A DNA stretch of 64,000 nucleotides, from NCBI GenBank assembly GCA_000002445.1, contig CM000207.1:2464001-2528000 (forward strand), in the 5' to 3' direction. Below, one piece after another: positions 59,984 through 64,000 of the stretch (positions are counted from its first letter, which is position 1; every line of letters begins with the position of its first letter). This DNA is from Trypanosoma brucei (lineage: Eukaryota). A model generated the notes under the pieces. That model saw only the letters and a program-made list of their open reading frames with translations, was not told the origin of the DNA and did no database searches. A program made the translations under genes and the position numbers.

Positions 59984-61339
59984 ATGCGGAAAGCCCGACG
60001 GCATTTTCTGGCTAAACTAGCGCTGGCGCTCGCATTCACAGCGACCACGGTCGGAGTGGACGGCGCCGCCAATGACAACGCCAAAGCATTCAACGCTCTC
60101 TGCACCATAATCCAGATAATGGGCGGGACACCCATGTTACCCCCAGCGCCGACTACTAGCGAAATAGATACCCTAATGACGGACGTAAGGCAACTAAATC
60201 TATCAGCATCAGAAGACACCCTATATGACTCCAACTTTGAACCACACACAGACGACGACAAAAAGCCTGAAGAGTATAAAACAAACAGGGAAGCATGGAA
60301 AACAGCAAAAAACTTAATCGAAAAGGGAGAAACGGAAATTGAAGGAGTGAAGCTAGCGCGGCCTGGCGCATCGCACGCACGCAAAGTCGCCAGCAATATC
60401 CTAAATCGGACGCTAAAGACAATCGCCGCCCTAAAAAACAAACTTAAAACAACAGTCACGGCAGCAGACATACGCAGCGACTTGGATAAAGCTTTGTTCG
60501 GAAAGACCGGGCAGCACAGCGCCAAGGCAGGTGACACCTACGCGGACTCGGGCGCCAACGGCTGCGGCGACACCAACCCAGCCGGAAAATCCCCAGGAAT
60601 GTCGCTTTATTCAGACTTGTTGTGTCTCTGCTCGGTATCAGGCGGCGCATCGGCCAGCTGCACAGGGAGCGCTCTGTCGGCAGTCACGTACGGCGACGGC
60701 ACACAAACCACACAAGCCGCAGGAACGACGATCGCAGCAAAATGCCCAAAAGCAGGGAAGGTTCAAGTAACGGCCGGGGAACTACGGCATGCCAAAAGCA
60801 TTTTCACAGTAGCTCTCAAGGCGGACAAAGTAGCCGCAGTGCAGGCCGCAAATATTCTGGGTAATCCCTCAGGAAAGCAATGTGATGGCGGAGCAAACGG
60901 CAATTGCGTTTACTACAAAGACACCAGGGCCGACGCCACCCTCGACATACAGTGGCTCACACACATAGACGATGCCATAGCGAAATTTGAAACGGCAGAT
61001 GCGGAGGCGGCAGTCAACAACAGAATCGCAGCGCAAGCAGCGGCGTTAAAAGGGACCGCTCTGGCAGCCTATCTACAAGCTTTAAAAGGCGATGCCAAAA
61101 AGCTGACAACGGCAACAGCGATACCAGTATTAAGCAGCACGACACCGAGCACAAGCGACTGCAACAAACACCGATCAAAAGACGACTGCAAAGACCCCTG
61201 CAAATGGAACGAGAATGCCACTGAAAAAACTAAAAATTTCTCATTAGATCCCGTAAAATCGGCAGAACAACAAGCAAACCAAGCAGTGACAGGAGAGGGA
61301 AAGAAAGAAGAGGTGCAGGGGAAGCACGAAGGAAAGTGA
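59984..61339 (+). CDS. VSG: VSG with intact 451-codon ORF (signal peptide + A-type N-terminal domain + Cys-rich CTD) but no in-frame hydrophobic GPI-addition signal; probably a C-terminally defective pseudogene
   Basis: True ATG. The signal peptide is MRKARRHFLAKLALALAFTATTVGVDG. The mature N-terminus AANDNAKAFNALCTIIQ has the VSG pattern. The CTD ...SDCNKHRSKDDCKDPCKWNEN... is followed by a stop. The GPI-signal-like remnant (CNWDDNACKHFSFLFNN*) is in another frame and truncated. Confidence 0.8.
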   Translation: MRKARRHFLAKLALALAFTATTVGVDGAANDNAKAFNALCTIIQIMGGTPMLPPAPTTSEIDTLMTDVRQLNLSASEDTLYDSNFEPHTDDDKKPEEYKTNREAWKTAKNLIEKGETEIEGVKLARPGASHARKVASNILNRTLKTIAALKNKLKTTVTAADIRSDLDKALFGKTGQHSAKAGDTYADSGANGCGDTNPAGKSPGMSLYSDLLCLCSVSGGASASCTGSALSAVTYGDGTQTTQAAGTTIAAKCPKAGKVQVTAGELRHAKSIFTVALKADKVAAVQAANILGNPSGKQCDGGANGNCVYYKDTRADATLDIQWLTHIDDAIAKFETADAEAAVNNRIAAQAAALKGTALAAYLQALKGDAKKLTTATAIPVLSSTTPSTSDCNKHRSKDDCKDPCKWNENATEKTKNFSLDPVKSAEQQANQAVTGEGKKEEVQGKHEGK

Positions 61340-61526
61340 AAATATGTTTGCAACTGGGATGATAACGCTTGCAAACATTTTAGTTTCCTCTTCAATAATT
61401 AAATGACTATGATGATTATTGATTTTATGAGTTTTGTAGAATTTTAGTGTACCAAAAAACTTTGCTCCATTTTGTAAACATTATGAAATTTTCTATTTTG
61501 AGAGGGTTTTTAAAATTTAAATAATT

Positions 61527-61542
61527 TGATATATTTTAACAC
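61527..61542 (+). promoter_or_regulatory. VSG 3'UTR 16-mer (TGATATATTTTAACAC, exact)
   Basis: Direct read, 188 bp after the stop codon. Confidence 0.9.
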
Positions 61543-61704
61543 TTTTTGATTTAAAAATTGAAAATTATTAACTTTTTGAGATTTAAAAGATATGATAAAA
61601 ATACAATTTTGGTGTAATATCACCCCATGGGTATAAAGTTGTAAGGCGATATGGCGCCAAAACTGATTGTTATGCTGACTTTGTTTATTTTGCTTATTTT
61701 CTGA

Positions 61705-61810
61705 GTAATAGTTAGAGTTATAATAGTATTAGGAAGATAATAATAATAATTATATAAGTGTAAGTGAGTGTATCTATAATAATATAGTAGGTGTGGTTGT
61801 GAAAATAAAA
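61705..61810 (+). repeat. 70-bp repeat (degenerate)
   Basis: aatagttagagttataatagtattaggaagataataataataattatataagtgtaagtgagtgtatctataataatatagtaggtgtggttgtgaaaa. Confidence 0.75.
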
Positions 61811-63589
61811 TGGATCACCTAAGTAAAATCAATTAAAACAATGGCAAGGTGCGATAGAAATAAGTAAGTGAAAGAGGAAGAGAAATATTATCAAGTTAAA
61901 TGCATAAAGTTAGATGGAAAAGGACAAAAAAAAGAAAAAGAGAAGTATTATGCCTAGTTTCTGAAGCAGCTATGAGGGTGGTAATTGCTAATAAGAAGAA
62001 GATGGATAGATCAATCAGTGAGAAAGCAGAGTCTAATGTACAGGCAAATCAATCCGCTATAACATATGAAGAAATAGTAATTGAAGATGAAACATAAGTC
62101 CCAAAAATACAAAAAAGAATGGAGGAGTGCGAAAAAAATACGGCAGAGCGAAGAGCTATAAAAGGACTATAGATCTCTACATTGTACTCACAAATCGATA
62201 GATTCTACTTCAGAGATGGTGGCCCTGTAGTTTTTTATTTAATAGCAAATGCTAATTTATGGCTCTGACAGAGAAGATAAGGAAGGGGGTATTGAATAGG
62301 TGTAAGGAAAATATCTTAGTTTTCTCGTCAAATGTAATACTAATAGCAAACATTTGTGTTTAGTAATATAATATTACGGGGGAAAAATTAAAACTATGAC
62401 TACCAATGCATTACCATGAATAGAATAATGAAAACACTTGAACTGCTAAAAATAGCGCATGTATAAACTGTTATGGAGCCTTTATGAAGTAGAGAAAAAC
62501 AATGCCACTATTTTTCAAGTTATGTATTTGCATACTGGAGAGATATTAAGAGTTTGAAAGAAACTAGGGCACACCTCCAAAAGTTCTCTGATATTCAGGT
62601 AAAAAAGTGGATTGATAAGACTAAAGTTGTCAAAAAACACTTTACGAACTCAAACTGAAGGGTCTTATGTGGTTCTGACTATATTAAACAACGAGATCTA
62701 AAATAAACAGAAACCAAACCGTGTTCGTCAAAAAATGCCGTTACTTTTATATTCCAGCAGCTGTAAAAGCAAATGAAACTGTAGAAAGCAGAATCCGTTA
62801 AAAACCGTAGAGGAAGATATTAAAGACAAAGAGTATTAAATTATTTTAACCGACAAACGACTTGTATTCCGGAGAATAGATGACAATTTATATATGAGAG
62901 ATGAGAAAAGTTTAGAATCTTTTTAATTATGGTTACATGGAGTTTGGATTACAAGTCATGACACAACTTGAAAAAAATTGATCATACACTAAAAAGGTGT
63001 GATACGTTAAAAGGAGTCGAGCAACGTTCTCACCAACAAAAGCAAGACCATATATACCCAATAATGATAAGAAACAAAAAAATCTATGAACAGCAGCTAG
63101 CTTCGAGATTAGCTCAAACCATAGGGCTTGTACTCCACAAACAAAAGAAAATAAGAACACCAATGCAGCTGACAGGAAAGCAAGGCCGCTTTCGTCAGCG
63201 ATGGGTGAAGTATGCAGCTGAATTAGTTGCCAAACCAGTACTGATACAGTGGTAACTATAAAAAAATTCCAGTTGTGATGTGAGCTGAAGCTGTGTGAAA
63301 TTAAGTGGAATTGTCATAAAGGAAATAGTGAGGATAGAAAGGGTTGATAAATAGAGAGTCAAATGGTTGAATATTGCAACGTAGGTAAGTTTAGAGAGCT
63401 ACTAGAAGTTTCTCGAAAAGTGGTGAATGGTGCTAACGAATATTTAACCTAAACTTACCAGAAAATAATTTAACTTCAAACACTACTGCAGACAATACGA
63501 CTCCAAGGCAACAACTCTCACCTAAAACAGACTCAAGCAGCGACAGGAAACGCAACCAAATTCATCATTAAACACACTCTTAAAATGAG

Positions 63590-64000
63590 AGGAAGAATGC
63601 TGTATCGATTGGAGGGATACAGCTCAGACACTAAAAACAGACACTCGTTTAACTTCTTCTCTAAACTTTATCACAGCTATACAAACAAAGTACGACGAGC
63701 ACGGCAATACAGGCACAAAGACTTCTGTTAGCTTTAGATTTGATAGCTTTTCAGATTGAAGCAGCGAACAAAGACGCAGTAGACGCAACGAAGCTGGCAC
63801 AACTTTGCAAAAAAACTCTAGGGATGAGGAAAACTGCGGCGGAAGTCAAGTCTGACCTAGCAGCAGGAGATGCAAAGCTAGCTCAAACGGAACAGCTCAG
63901 GGACCAAATGACTATATATGGCTTGCTCGGGGAATCGAAAAAATCAAAGGAAATCGCGATGATAGCTGCACAAGCCACGAAAACCATCATTCATTCGTTT
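63590..64000 (+). pseudogene. VSG: 5' part of a further VSG (N-terminal domain; continues past window end; upstream region has stops)
   Basis: Frame reading IEAANKDAVDATKLAQLCKKTLGMRKTAAEVKSDLAAGDAKLAQTEQLRDQMTIYGLLGESKKSKEIAMIAAQATKTIIHSF is open to the last base. Upstream candidate start regions contain stops in every frame. Confidence 0.7.

Noticed and set aside
59984-61339. Calling this VSG a fully functional gene
   Set aside because: Although the 451-codon ORF and signal peptide are intact, no hydrophobic GPI-addition signal is in frame before the stop. The GPI-like remnant is shifted and truncated. So it is reported as a VSG CDS of doubtful functionality rather than an intact gene.
42703-61810. 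Regularly spaced short repeats (6 clusters) that could superficially be taken for CRISPR-like arrays
   Set aside because: They are VSG-associated 70-bp repeats (TAA/TGA-rich + GTTGTGAGTGTGTATATACGAATATTATAA core). They are spaced 3-5 kb apart, each upstream of a VSG, and are not separated by short unique spacers.
1-64000. Interpretation as a prokaryotic defence/accessory island (the supplied ORF track uses bacterial start codons and reports many small ORFs on both strands)
   Set aside because: The sequence has the hallmarks of a trypanosome nuclear locus: VSG genes, 70-bp repeats, the VSG 3'UTR 16-mer, TTAGGG repeats, ESAG8-type LRRs, and polypyrimidine tracts upstream of genes. There are no Shine-Dalgarno-linked operons. 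Most small ORFs are antisense or overlapping frames within VSGs or random intergenic ORFs.

Overview
This window reads as nuclear DNA from an African trypanosome of the Trypanosoma brucei group, not a prokaryotic locus. The right part (about 39.7-64 kb) is a tandem VSG array typical of chromosome-internal or subtelomeric regions. The diagnostic signals are all visible in the sequence. Degenerate 70-bp repeats with the core GTTGTGAGTGTGTATATACGAATATTATAA sit upstream of each VSG. Each VSG has a cysteine-rich C-terminal domain and a hydrophobic GPI-signal tail. The conserved VSG 3'UTR 16-mer TGATATATTTTAACAC occurs after several VSGs. Degenerate TTAGGG telomere-like repeats lie downstream of several VSGs. 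There are at least eight VSG genes or pseudogenes on the + strand, plus one inverted VSG 3' fragment at the array boundary. Almost all carry frameshifts or stops, as expected for the silent VSG archive. The left part (1-29 kb) carries housekeeping-type genes in alternating orientation. These are a secreted BPI-like protein running off the left edge on the - strand, a RING-finger/Rab-like GTPase fusion on +, a type II membrane protein on +, an equilibrative nucleoside transporter (ENT) family gene on -, and an ESAG8-like leucine-rich-repeat protein pseudogene on +. That alternation implies two divergent and one convergent strand-switch regions. Five of the six long G/C homopolymer runs (9-14 nt) sit inside the two divergent strand-switch regions. 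Between roughly 29 and 39.7 kb the sequence is AT-rich, low-complexity and gene-poor. Caveat on the supplied ORF track: it uses bacterial-style alternative start codons (GTG/TTG translated as M), so many listed starts are artefacts. Most short ORFs are noise or antisense overlaps of VSGs. The track also misses ORFs that run off the window edge. I found no CRISPR array, rRNA or convincing tRNA. A tRNAscan-type search and homology searches are needed to settle several calls below.
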